From the NCBI RefSeq assembly GCF_033153115.1, contig NW_026889803.1:27342001-27406000 (forward strand): 64,000 nucleotides of DNA, given 5' to 3'. Under the pieces are notes generated by a model. It had not been told where the DNA came from, searched no databases, and saw only the letters and a list, made by a program, of their open reading frames with translations. Both the position numbers and the translations under genes were made by a program. Below, piece after piece: positions 27,701-39,953 of the stretch. The first letter of the stretch is position 1; each line of letters begins with the position of its first letter. Source of the DNA: Saccostrea echinata. Its lineage: Eukaryota.

Positions 27701-29350
27701 TTCTTTTACACTCTACTTATCACGAATGGCGATTTACATCTTCCCAACAGCTATTCCACGGAAGTGTTTTTCACGTCTGACGGACGGTACATCGCCGAAC
27801 AGGAAACATGGCTCAAGGCAGATTTAAAGCAAGCAAACGACAACAGAGCACGTTGTCCCTGGGTCATCGTTCTGGGTCACCGCCCAATGTATTGCTCCAA
27901 TAGTGATGAGGATGACTGCACAAAGACAGACTCTAAAGTTCGCGCCGGGTAGGCATCTTCTATATTATTCATTCTGTCTAGATCTATAAATGATACTGGT
28001 GTAGACTTCCTACTAGTCACCCTTGATATAGCAAAAATGACTAAAGATGAATTCAAAATGTTTATTTAAAAACCTTGCAAAGTTTCAAAATCAATATAAA
28101 AACAGCTGCAAATATTCATCTTTTTTGTATCGTTGGGTAAGTTCTTGCTGCAAGGTGCAGATACCCTCACAATCCACTGATCTGGAAATTTAATTACAAT
28201 TTACCAATTCTAATCATAGAAAAAAGACAAATAAAAATCATAGATTTGAAGACATTTTCTTTAATCATAGATTGGAAGACATTTTCTTCAACTATGGAGT
28301 TGACTTAGTTCTACAAGCACACGAGCATTCTTATGAGCGATTGTGGCCGCAGTATAAAGGAGTGGTACTCAGCAAGAACTATACAAATCCCCAGGCACCA
28401 GTTCAGCTCATCTCGGGAGCAGCAGGGAGCAAGTATAAGGGAGATAACGAAAAAGCCAATAGAGGTAATCAGTGTCTCTGAAAAATGTAGCAATTCTACC
28501 GAGTTCATAACGAATTGTAGAACTTATATCATTGTGTGCAATATAGGCATATCAATTGTCTGCATAGATGTTAGTAATTTCACACCAGGTTTAGATGGTC
28601 CTCGTATGTGTCAAATTACTTCCTTGAGAACTTAATGGAGGATCGATGCTGGTGTTACAGGAATATTGCTCATTTACGTATCTGCTAAATCATAAATGTA
28701 TCCAATAATTACAAGTCTCATTTATATCGTTTTGTTTTCTAGGAGAATGGTCTGCATTTGCAAATACAGATGAATCTCTAAATAGCGTGGGCAAATTGAA
28801 AATTATGAATTCAACGCACTTGTATTGGGAACAATACAATTTGTTAACAAAACGTGTGATTGATTCAGTTATAATCGTACAAGATAACCACGGGCCATTC
28901 AAACAACAAAAATTATCCAATGATGTCACGCAGAAAATTGAAAAAATTAAGCAAAAGGAGAAAGAGAAGATTGAAAGCTCAAAGATTAATCCGTCTCCAC
29001 CTAATCGTCATGGAGAATCTGGTAATTCATCAGGAAGCACGAAGTCTTTAGGCACCGGTCAAAAAATAAAGGAAATGTTGACTCACGTTGATAAAAGAAT
29101 AGCGATTGGGGTTGGTAGCGGAGTTGGTGCTCTTATTTTACTAATTGTGATAATATGTGTTGTAAAAAAGAAGAAAGCTGCTACAGTACGGAAGTACCGA
29201 AGATGGGACGATAAAGTTGATTACGGAAGAAAGTTCTACTCTAGTTACAATCACGTGGATTCTGGAGATAAGGAAGCAGACGACTTTGAAGTTGACGTCA
29301 GTGATGGTAATCTACCAACTAGTAAACTTTTAACAGACGACCGGAAATGA
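21707..29350 (+). CDS. ACP7: Purple acid phosphatase (acid phosphatase type 7-like) with a signal peptide and C-terminal transmembrane anchor, ~573 aa
   Basis: 9 phase-consistent exons: 21707-21779, 23888-24096, 24350-24442, 24649-24798, 25721-25796, 26161-26281, 27751-27948, 28271-28464, 28743-29350. Signal peptide MMFSVFWSILFFCVSIVHS; N-terminal PEEVHI; all five PAP metal motifs (GDLG, GDFAY, GNHE, VLGH, AHEH); TM IAIGVGSGVGALILLIVIICVV followed by KKKK. The symbol is family-level, not proven orthology. Confidence 0.9.
23085..23266. mobile_element. GC-rich MITE with a 5-bp TSD (hAT5-like)
   Basis: TTTAA|CATGGTCGTAGGAA...TTCCTATATGGGCCTG|TTTAA. Confidence 0.7.
25826..26062. mobile_element. 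GC-rich MITE with a 5-bp TSD
   Basis: TAACC|CACTGGCGAATTTAG...CTGGATCTCCATTG|TAACC. Confidence 0.65.
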
Positions 29351-30225
29351 CGTATGTAATACCCACTGGTGTCCTTCAAAAAGCCAAAGTCCAATGTGTG
29401 GTCAAAAATAAACAAAAATGCTGGCTCTTGCCATTCTGCCAGTTGTGTGCCAAATTCCATAAAGAACAAATATCAACGAACATACATGGAAAATTATATT
29501 TTTCACGATCATTTGTATCATCGTTATGATACAATTGAAAGAAACATAATTATTGCACACTGAAAACAAGTTGTGTCCGAATATATATATACAAGTATCT
29601 CTTAATATTTTAAATACGTTAAATTCAAAATGGTATTAAATTTGCAAAAGTTCTTTACTTCAGCGAAGCGTAATGTAAAATTGCACATCGACCCAGATCG
29701 GAAATCGATAGATTTGTTGAAAAAATCGTTATTCAGACCCATGTGATCTACATTGCCATGAGTCATAAATGTATCTAGTCATAAGATGAAGAAAAACGTA
29801 AATGCAAATATTATTTGTTTACTCTTAAAGATACTCATTTTTAATGTTTCACAGCGAAATTTCTGAATACATAATACTTAGGCCCGGGTACTGGGCAAGC
29901 AACATTTCGGGGGGGGGGGGGGCATATTCAGATTTCTAAATATGTTCCCTTGAAAATGTATTAGAGGACGCGGACACATTCAGAGCTATTTGGACCAATA
30001 TGTAATTTTGTGTATATGTAGTGCTATTTAATAAGTCTCTTGTAGCTATTAGACTTAAATTATTAGTGTAGACACGTGAACTGTCTATCATTATTTCAAA
30101 AAGGATAGGTTAACTTTGTTCTTTTTCATCAAAATGCCTTTTCTTCCGAAGATGCATCAAACGTATTCACAGTCGTCAAAGCATTTAAAATCTGTTAGCG
30201 GTTGTTGCATATTTGGGGTTGTTGA

Positions 30226-30786
30226 AGGGGCTGGGACACAGATTTGAAGTTAATATTCTCTAAAATTTTCAGTATATAATATCATGATTTATATGTTGCT
30301 AGAGCATTTTACGCAGAAATATAATAGAAGCGTGTTAAGAAACTTCTTTTATCTGCAATTATTAAAACTACGAATTTCGGGACACGTTTGATTGACACAT
30401 ATCCTTTCACTTTCATGAAGTAAACTTTATCCTTAATATATACTTAAAAGTAGAAATTTTGTTGTGCATTAATGAAAAATATTAAAACTATAATCAAGGA
30501 ATTCAGAGTAGAAGTGTGAGAAAGCAAAACCAACTCACCAGTATTGTCAGTCCGTGCTCAGTGATGTGTACAAGGGTAAACAAATGGAACACATGCGATA
30601 AAACGTAAACACTAACAATAACAAAGCTTGTGCCCTGTTTACAAAGACAAATGTTTGACGTGATGTAAAAAAGAATGTCGCTGTCATTGAATTCTAAGAA
30701 TATTCGTGTAAGTTTAATTCATTTAACTGAATTTAGTTTTTGAATAAACAAGGAATTTTTAAAATGTCAACTGTGTCTAGGCCCAT
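30226..30786 (+). mobile_element. Non-palindromic member of the TTAA (Kolobok-like) MITE family
   Basis: The first ~415 bp (AGGGGCTGGGACACAGATTTGAAG...GTGCCCTGTTTACA) match the left arm of 6679/59833. The remaining ~140 bp are unique and end in the short TIR CTGTGTCTAGGCCCAT|TTAA. Confidence 0.75.
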
Positions 30787-30859
30787 TTAATCTCAAATGG
30801 AAACACGTCAATGAGATTTGTAGTTTGTTACTGAAAGGAATCGCATGTTGTTTTGTCAG

Positions 30860-31560
30860 TAATCAATGTTGTTTGTGGTTGTTGTCTTCACTGTTTTTGT
30901 AGAGATAATGTCAAGAATTTTCCTTGAATGTTGTCCTGGCGAAGGGTGTCAAGTATTGGGTGTACATGTATTTATGTTGTATTGGTGGAGGTTGATGTTG
31001 TACATTTTTTGGGTATATGTTGTTTTGGCGAAGGGTTGTTATTGTCCAGTATTTCGTGTGATTTCACTGCATTGGCAAAATGTAAGCTTGATGTTTGGAC
31101 AAAGATCATTTTTGTCATGAAAGATTGTTGTCTGTATTTGTTGTTTTGGTTTAGGGCTGTGTTGTTAATGTTTTGGTTTGTGTTGTTTGGGTGGAGGGTT
31201 GGTTTGGTGTTGTCAGAGTTTTGGTTTGTGTGTTTGGGTGAAGGGTTGCTGTTGTCTAAGAGTTGATGTGTTTGTGATGTTTCATAAAGGGCTAGTGTTG
31301 TAAAAGCTCGTCTATGTTGTTTTTCGAAGGGTTGGTGTTGTTAAGGTTTTGGTAGGTGTTGTTTTGGTGAAGGGTTGATGTTGTCAAGGTTTTAGTATGT
31401 TTGTTGTTTTGGTGAAGGATTGTTGTTGCAAAGTTAGTGTTGTGTTGTTTTAGTAATGGCGTTGTAAAATTTGTGTTGTCAGAAATTCGGGATAATATGT
31501 TGTTTTGATGAAAGGTTAGTGTTTTTAACATTTAATATCTGAATGTTTTGTCGTTGTAGC
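30860..31560. repeat. Degenerate G/T-rich low-complexity tandem repeat
   Basis: Recurring GTGTTGTTTTGGTGAAGGGTTG-like units with strong G+T strand bias. Confidence 0.6.
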
Positions 31561-34413
31561 AAAGTGTTTGTGTCGTAAGCTATAGTATATTTGTTTGTGC
31601 AGTAAGGGTTTTATTTGTCCATTTTTTTTTAAATTACTTATTTAATCGAATGATCAAATCAATCAAATGATGTGTTTAAATGAGAAGGCTTTGTATTGGT
31701 TTCGTGAAGATGTAGCATATTTAATTAAATATTTTGGCATGGTACCCTATGCTACAATAGATTTGTTCATTCTCGCCAGTTAGAAAGTTTGTTGAGAGTT
31801 TGGCTAAAATTACCGGGTATTGTTTGTGTAAGTGAAGATTTGTAATTGACTGGTTCTAGTTTGGAATAGTGAACAAAAATGTACAGATCTTCAGATGTGG
31901 TCTCTTGGTAAGTTTGAGCTACTATTTTTGCGAGTCGAGCGTTTGTAGTGTTTGAGTATATGTATATTTATGTAAATATTGTAAGAGTGTTCTTGGGTTG
32001 ATAAAGGCGACTGTGCATACTTTGATTTATCTTCACTGCCAATCAGTGAAAAGTTTTTAAAAAAATTGTTTTATCATGTTTTTGATATATGGATTTATAC
32101 AAAGAAGAATGAAAATTAAAATTGTATTCTGTTGGTTTAAGGCGAGATATTGCTTTTTGCATGTGCCAAGTTATGTTTACTGAGCGTCTGCGAAGAACTT
32201 ATAGAGATTACATGCTTGTATTGTTTTTTGGTTTTTGACCTTTTTTCTCATGCTACTTCTATACTTTTTTTTTTAAACTTGACCAAACTTGATCTATTTT
32301 ATCTTAGCAATAGTCCCGCAATTCATTGTGTTGATCATTTGTAATTAGTCCGTAGGATAATTTTATTTAATCTATCATCAATTCAAATGCATTTTTAAAA
32401 TGATATTTTGTATTTTCTGGTGCTGTGTACAAGGTGGAGGAATGATACATATATGAATGTAAAAACTTTGTATTAAAAAATCTGAATAAATAATAATTGC
32501 ATCCGCTGTCATTCTAAGATTTTTCCAAATAAACAACTTGAATAGAGCGACAAAAATACCCCTCCTGTGCTAGCAAAGATAAGAACAATCAAAATCGTTG
32601 CCTAAATAAGCCAACCTGCTTGAAGCCCACGCTCAATACAACTCGCCGTCATACGAAACCTCATCAAATTGACAAGGATGAAATAATTCATGATGTAATT
32701 TGATTCTGTAAAAAAGAATTCTTAAGGAAGCTCTAAGCACTGCTCACTGAAGAGTTCTAATTACTTAGCTTGAGTGGTCTACCCTTTGATGTAAAATAGA
32801 ATAAATGCATGGAAATATGCAGGAAATGACACAATATAAAATAGAATAGAGTATTCTTAACATAATAATAGAGCAAGATAAATTTATTGAAAACATTATT
32901 TACATGCATTTTACAAACTAAGTAAACAAAGCGATTTATGTTCACTAACACTTCATTGTCTGAGAATAATTTTTCATGTAGAAATATGGGAGGTACCCTT
33001 GTTGAGAATGAACGAGATAAACTCAACGTACAACTTTAAGGTAGTCCTCAGGTTCAGAAAATCAGCTTTTCAGTAATTGCAAATTCTCACCAAAATGTCT
33101 AGGATGTCACAGAATAACGTGTATTTACCCATGGTATTTCTTCAAAGTTCATCACTAAAGTTAATCATATAATATAGGGAAAATTATCAGATCTCCGATA
33201 TATTTTCAGTAAATGCGAATAAAAGCACCAGCTATGGATTTTCTACTTGAAAACTGATCAACAAATATATTTTTGGATTCAAAATTATAGGTATCCAGGC
33301 ATTTGGAGAAAATTGCATGTTTTGCACACTTATACAGTATTTTAGTTCTGTTTACTTCAATTGTTATAGAATACATAGTGTAAAAAGTTTTTGTTAGCAT
33401 TTCAAGACATCCCAGATTACTTCTTATTTCATATCATGTTAATAAGCGCCGGGATCTAATGCTACATTGTAGGAAATTTCATTTCTCTAAAAATGAATTT
33501 TATTTTTTTACTTTTGTGGGGTACAAATTTCAACTTTTTATAATATCATTTCTAAGACTTCAAAGAACCATAAATCATATTGAGATGCATAAAATGAAAA
33601 TTGTTGCAAGAAAATATTTCAATTTCAAGCTTTATTTTCAGACTTTTTAAATTAAATAATAGATTTAAGAGTTATCATTCCTAGCTGAGGATCGGATATC
33701 CTTAAATGATACTATTTCCTCAAAACCCCAAAACTTAAAAAAAAAAATAAATAAATTCGACGGTCGATATTCCATAAGGAGGCTTTTAGAGTGAAGGTTT
33801 AAATTCAAATTTGCTGGTAATACGAGAGATAGACAGATACATGAAATTGCCCATAAAAAGCTAATTGGATGTAGATTAAGAGATTAAGTGTTTAAACGTA
33901 TAACTTAAACCTGTGTAAACGTTTTATTGGAGATAAATATAACCTGAAGACATTTACATTGTCGATTTGTACATGTAGTCTGTTCCAACAGACAAGAAAG
34001 TGTCTTTTCAGAATTTTTTAAGCCGCTATTAAAAAAACACTTCGATAATGTTACAATAAAAACAATTTGCAAGAAATTGGAAGGAATGGCCTTATTAAGG
34101 AAAAAAGACAATAGACATATAATCGATGAACTGTACAATAAAATCTGTTATGATTTTGAACTGAGGAATACAACATGCATATATATGAAATACATTTGCA
34201 ACAGCATTATTGCCACTAGTATCGGTTTCAGAAGTTTACAACTATGTAGATACACCTGTAACTACTTTATAAAAGGACGTAGTACCAGGATGTTCAAAAT
34301 CCACTTAACATACTGGGCACTCTGATGTTGTCATAATCAGTGTAACTCTGCATTATTTTTATTATTCTTTTTTTGTGTATGTAAAGGCACATGTACATTA
34401 CATATTTGACATG

Positions 34414-35688
34414 TCAAGAGAGGGACTTTACATTAACAATAACAAAGAAAATAGCCCCAACTATGATGACACTGGCCAAACTGGTCATAAAACAAATTTT
34501 GTCAAGCCTTGATGATATCTTTTTCCATGTTATAGGAGATATTTCAGGGATCTCGAAAGCAACTTTTGTCATTTCTAGATCTTTTTCTGTTGTTAAATTG
34601 TCTACACTTCCAGAACTCTTTTTGCAGGAACCACAAGAAAATAAATTGTAACATCGCATAAAAAATGGCGATATTTCCTCCTCTTCCTCCTTGTGATGTA
34701 CACGAAGAATGAAGATTGTCTCCACGCAGATAAGACCGGAAATCATAAGATAAGTGGCCAAAATATACCCTATCACTGGCATAGGCTTGGATACTTGCGG
34801 TAGACCATCTGATACCAAGGACAGAAAGACCGCCAAAGCGAGAAGACACGTGATGGAGTACCCTACACGTTCACCACTATCTGCTGGTAAAATAAACACC
34901 AAAGTGTTTAACATCAGCATTACAAATACTGGAATAAAAAGATTGACAACGAAAAACAAAGGGCGTCTTTCCAGATTGAGGTTAAAGACCACGACCGAGT
35001 TTTCTCCAAGAAGCTCAAACTTGGTTTCTGTGGATGCCAAAACCCAGGCTCCATTTTCACTGTAATGAGTTAAATCGACGACCGATTGCGATGGATACAT
35101 CAAGACCTCATTTTTGTTATAATCCCAGACCATGATTTTCATGCTGCACGTTTGTTTGTCAAAGGGAAAGTACCTTGTGTCAAAATCACACGTTGTTTGG
35201 TACCTATCGGCAATGTTCCAGTAGGCATTGCCGTCGGCGTAGTATTTGATTTTCGATTGTTTGAATCCTAAAAGACCCACATTTGTGGACATAGGGTTAA
35301 GAAATGTCATTGGTGGCTTCCACACAAGTGACTCGTCGATATTAATCGAAAAGGTTCCTCCATACGAAAAGGGATTCCACTGAATAACTTCGTCACGCCA
35401 GTCTATGCTGAAACTTCCTACACTGACCACTTCGCTGGTCACTTCGTCTACATTTGCGATGGTCAGCAAATGGAACGCTAACGTAACGTTCATGGCATTG
35501 TTCTGGTCAGTCACGGGTCTGGCATCCTTATTGTAACCAGATAAAACCGCGGTGTGAACGCTGTTGTATTCTGTCAGAGTCCCTCCGTCAATTTTTGGGG
35601 GGAGTAACAATAAGATTATAAGACATACAAATCTGACCAACCCATGTGTCATCATCACTGCCATAGGAGTTTTCTGATGTGTTTCCAT
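34414..35688 (-). CDS. Intronless nicotinic acetylcholine receptor-like (Cys-loop ligand-gated ion channel) subunit, non-alpha type, 424 aa
   Basis: Single ORF with a signal peptide, GYNKDARPV, W..P loop A, Cys-loop CDFDTRYFPFDKQTC, ENGAW, M1 RRPLFFVVNLFIP, PADSGERVGYSITCLL, M3 and M4 ending RLDKICF. No vicinal Cys in loop C. Confidence 0.95.
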   Translation of the reverse strand: METHQKTPMAVMMTHGLVRFVCLIILLLLPPKIDGGTLTEYNSVHTAVLSGYNKDARPVTDQNNAMNVTLAFHLLTIANVDEVTSEVVSVGSFSIDWRDEVIQWNPFSYGGTFSINIDESLVWKPPMTFLNPMSTNVGLLGFKQSKIKYYADGNAYWNIADRYQTTCDFDTRYFPFDKQTCSMKIMVWDYNKNEVLMYPSQSVVDLTHYSENGAWVLASTETKFELLGENSVVVFNLNLERRPLFFVVNLFIPVFVMLMLNTLVFILPADSGERVGYSITCLLALAVFLSLVSDGLPQVSKPMPVIGYILATYLMISGLICVETIFILRVHHKEEEEEISPFFMRCYNLFSCGSCKKSSGSVDNLTTEKDLEMTKVAFEIPEISPITWKKISSRLDKICFMTSLASVIIVGAIFFVIVNVKSLS

Positions 35689-36191
35689 CTAAATTCTTCA
35701 GAATCAACACAAGACCTAAAATCTTTTCAAATAAAAAAATCACTGACGCTTCTGATTCACAGGACAGACAATGGTGACTATTGGCGATTTTCAAATTCTT
35801 TTCGAGATCAGATGTAATTTTTTGTCCAGTAACGGTTTTTCTTGCTAGCACTTAAAAGGATGGACAAAACTAATTGCTGGGCATTTAAAGAAATGTAAAA
35901 TATCTCCGAGGCTGTTTGCATTAAGCATTACAGACAATGTTTAGTGTATTTCAGTTCTGTCACATGTTAATCCATTATTAGACATGTTATCGTTGAAATA
36001 AGTAATTGGTTTGGCTTAAGTAATGTATCTTAATGCGTAGATATAACAAACGTTTTTAATGCCATGTCCAAATATGTTACAAAGAATTACATGAAAGAAG
36101 GCAATAAGACATTTTACACCAACAAGTGAATTTTTAAAAGAATTGTTATATATCAAAGTCAAAAGATCACTTTAGCAAGATCGATGACGTA

Positions 36192-37230
36192 CGAGGGTTG
36201 TTCGGAAAGATGTCAATCTTCGTTATCCATCTTAGAGAAATTTAAAATGAGCACATTATTTTATGTTAAAATTTTTATTTTGTTGATGTGTGAAGTTTCA
36301 TTCTATGTGATTTAATAGAAGTCATGTTATTTAATTTTAAAATCAACAAGTATGGGAACCACGGAGTAAACTCAACAACATAGCGTCATGAGGTTTTCAA
36401 AAATACTCTCCCGATACATTTCACATAGTATGGCCCAATACCAGTGCACTTACTAAAAACGTTTCTTTATCACTTGAAATTTATTTTACTAACATTTGTT
36501 CCAGATTAATAATTTTGTTTGTCAGTGTTATATTTTTTTTTTCATTGCGTAACTGTGCTTTCACAAGATCAGCAACTGTGAAGCGCCTAAGTCTCACCAT
36601 GACCTTACTAACTTTTTTAAGTTTTTGAACATATTTTTACAGATAATCAGTTTTCTCATCGTCCTCGTCCGATACATAATCTCTATCATTCAAATACCGC
36701 CTGCGTCATGTACACACACATGCATGGCTCGGTTTTGACATATTTCCTACTTCTTCCAGCATTTTCAGATTTTTTTTCAGGAGTTTCCCAGAGTACAACA
36801 CAAAATTGTATCGTTAACTGCTGCTCCGTGACTACTACGACGTTATCTTTTTTTCCCTTTTTTTCAATGAGGACTGCCTATCTTCTAAAATTTATTTCTT
36901 TTCAACGAAGCAAAATATTAAGTCATAATTTGGAAACAGTTCTTAATTTGAATGTCCAGAATTTTTCTGTTTTTGCGCCATTTTACAGAGGATATTACTA
37001 TAGACATTATTTAGTGTACTAATTGTAAATTTTGACCTGCGCCGCGATCCGTTTTCGGCATTTTTTAAACTCTCTAAATAAGTTTGAAATAAATCACGAT
37101 ATTTTAACATTTATTTATACACTTCATTTGAATTTTTTTGTTGAAACATTTTTACGAAATTTGGACATAATATGACGTGAAATTAAAAAAAAAAGTTATG
37201 ACAGTAGTCCGCGAACTTTCCGAACCCTCG
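36192..37230. mobile_element. ~1.04-kb Tc1/mariner-like non-autonomous element
   Basis: TA|CGAGGGTTGTTCGGAAAG...CTTTCCGAACCCTCG|TA. No intact transposase ORF. Confidence 0.7.
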
Positions 37231-39610
37231 TAATTTATCATCTTTTGTAAAACGACACATCTTCTAAATCTGATAATATTCTTGGTATCTGTGCAAGAGA
37301 TACTGGTACATTTGAACGCACTGGAAAATGAAATACATTTTCTTTTACATTGTCCTTTCTACAAGGAAAAAAAAAGAATCAAACTTCTAAATGAAATAAG
37401 CACGGAAACAATACATAAATTTTAATACCTTAGATAGTTATCAAAAATATTTGTAGATCATTACATTTGTATATGTGAAAAGATTGATATTTTACTTCAA
37501 CTTGGAAACTACCTCTCTAATCATTTAACGTAACATTTTAAATCTCATAATTTACTGTCGTTGTCTACGATTCTATTTCTTTCATGCCTCTCTGTGGGCC
37601 CTTGATTGAAAATAACTTATTGTCTATCGGAACAGTTAGAACTAAAAAATACTCCTATATGGTAGGTATGAAATATCCCGATTGGTTTGCAACATCATAT
37701 AATCAAAGTGCGATTTACTTCAAAAAAGATTTGTTGTTTTTTTTTTTAAAGAATTGATCCCTGGATAAATATCAATGTTATTATCACGTTCTGTATACGT
37801 CAAAGAAAAAAAACAAACATGTTGACAACACAAAGGCGAGATCTGTTATTAAGAATATATTAAGTCTAAATCACTCATCCAATCTTAGTATGGCTAATCA
37901 GATTTATCGCGAAACCCTTTTTCCCACATTCTTTTGACCATTTGTAGATGTTTAAAGTGCCCATATATAAATCTTTGAAAGGGTAGAATTAGAAACCAGT
38001 GTAAAAAAAAAAAAAGATTATTTGTCACACTCTATGCAGGAAAAGGAACTTATTTTCTTCGAGTCTGTACAATCGAGTGTATTTACAGGAGTTGTAAAAT
38101 CGTTTCAACTTAACATCGTATCTGCAGAACTGTAGCTCTCTGGTTGAAAAAATTCAGACAGACAAATCAGAGAGCTACAGATCTAAGAGTCCTTAAAACC
38201 TTCGATTTACGCTTCTTTTTTTTTTTTTTTTTGGTCGTTCACTTTGAATATGGGTATTATTTCTTGTGTTATATGCATTCCCATGTCAAAAGCATGGTAT
38301 CCGTAAATTAACCATATACTCATTTAATCTCATAATCTTGTTACACTAATCACCTTTCAACGGTTCCAAACCGTACGAAAGATCACCAATGCAAAATTAA
38401 CAGATTAAAATAAAACCGATAGACTCGATTGCAATATACGTTGCAAAGCGAACGATTCTAGATGGCGCGCGAGTCTGTAAATTATGGAATGCCGAAGGGT
38501 CAACTCTGTTATTTCTCAAAGTACATGTAAAGCTTAATTTGTAGATTTTTTTTCAGATTGTACTGTCACAAATCGTAATACTATCCTGTGCAAAATGTAC
38601 AAAAAAACTAATTCGTAGACTAGCGATTTGTCAACTCGTGAAATGTAAAATTTATTACTTTACATTTAGCTAGTAGCAGCTAGATAGAATAAATGTTTCA
38701 TAACAAATCAGAGGTGCAGTATCAAATTATGATTTTTTTACTGGAACGTTGATTCTACTCAATTGCTCTTATTTTTTCATAATGAACACCATGCGCAGAT
38801 CTAGAGGAGCCCCCCCCCCCCGGGAATCTGCGGAGTATTGTGTACATAGTAAAGTAACCAAAATGACCTTGGACAACCCCCGACCCCGGAAAACGCTATG
38901 GCAAGAAGAGTTATACATATGAAGCTGAAGAAGTGAAGGTTCGCCCCCCCCCCCCTTCAAAAACGATACTACATGCCTGGTACCATTGAGATATTTCTAT
39001 GCACTGCTTATGTATTAGTATATGTATATTATATGCATGTACATATTATATATAGTTTAATTTAAAAATATATTAATTTAATTGATCTTGAGTGCGCTTT
39101 CCTTTTTATCTTCATCCTCATTTAACACAAAGATAGACTTTCTGAACTAAATAAAATTTCTGAAATAAACTTTGTAAGATTCAAGGTTTACAAACAACCG
39201 AAAAGGAACGATTTCATCATTGCAGCCCTCAGTTTTTTTTTTTAAATTTGGTACATTGGAGGAAAAGACAAATGCAAATCTGAAGCTAAGACACACCTGC
39301 TGTTACGGGGACACCTCAATTCAATAGCAGTAACAAAAACATAGGATTATTGTAAGAATAAGTCTGTTTAGATTTCTATTTATCGACATTCCGTATATAA
39401 AAATGTACTGATTTTTCAAGGACGCTTTAGAATGTTTCGACACAGCTAGAAGTGATTGATTATAGTACGTTATTGTAGCATAAGCCGCAGGTGCTTTTGG
39501 AGAGAAACCCCACCCGTCTGTAGTACATACACAAACTGGCCCAATAGATTTTTTTTTTTTTACAATTTTTTTTGTTTTGTTAATTTTTCCACTACATTAA
39601 CAATGTGTTC

Positions 39611-39953
39611 CAGGCGTGGATCCAGGATTTTTTCCAGGGGGGTCCATCCAAGCCCCCCCCCCCAAAAAAAAAAAAATCCGACCCAAAAATTTATTGACAA
39701 GCAAAAAAAAAAGGTAAACTCCTTTCCCAAGCGTGAAAAACCTATTTCATGGGTTGGTTTGGGGTTCCTTCACTTCTTCAGATCAGCTTCATATGTACAA
39801 CTCTTCCTCCTACCAACTGAACAGGGGTCTGCGTTTTCCAAAGGGGGAGGATCATCCGATGGGTCAAGGTCATTTTTAGTTACTTTACTATATACATTAA
39901 ATAACTCCGCAGATCCCAGGGGAGTGGGGCGACCCCCTCTAGATCCTTGCATG
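39611..39953 (+). mobile_element. hAT-like MITE nested in the right arm of 38119-40949 (partial mirror copy at 38790-38979)
   Basis: CAGGCGTGGATCCAGG...CTAGATCCTTGCATG, homologous to 17352-17724. The flank GTGTTC mirrors GAACAC at 38784-38789. Confidence 0.7.

Noticed and set aside
32720-33790. Possible further TTAA-flanked element
   Set aside because: TTAAGG-type starts are present, but I could not identify a matching terminal inverted repeat.
36192-37230. Transposase inside the mariner-like element
   Set aside because: No long ORF, and no WVPHEL, YSPDL or DDE motifs were recognisable.
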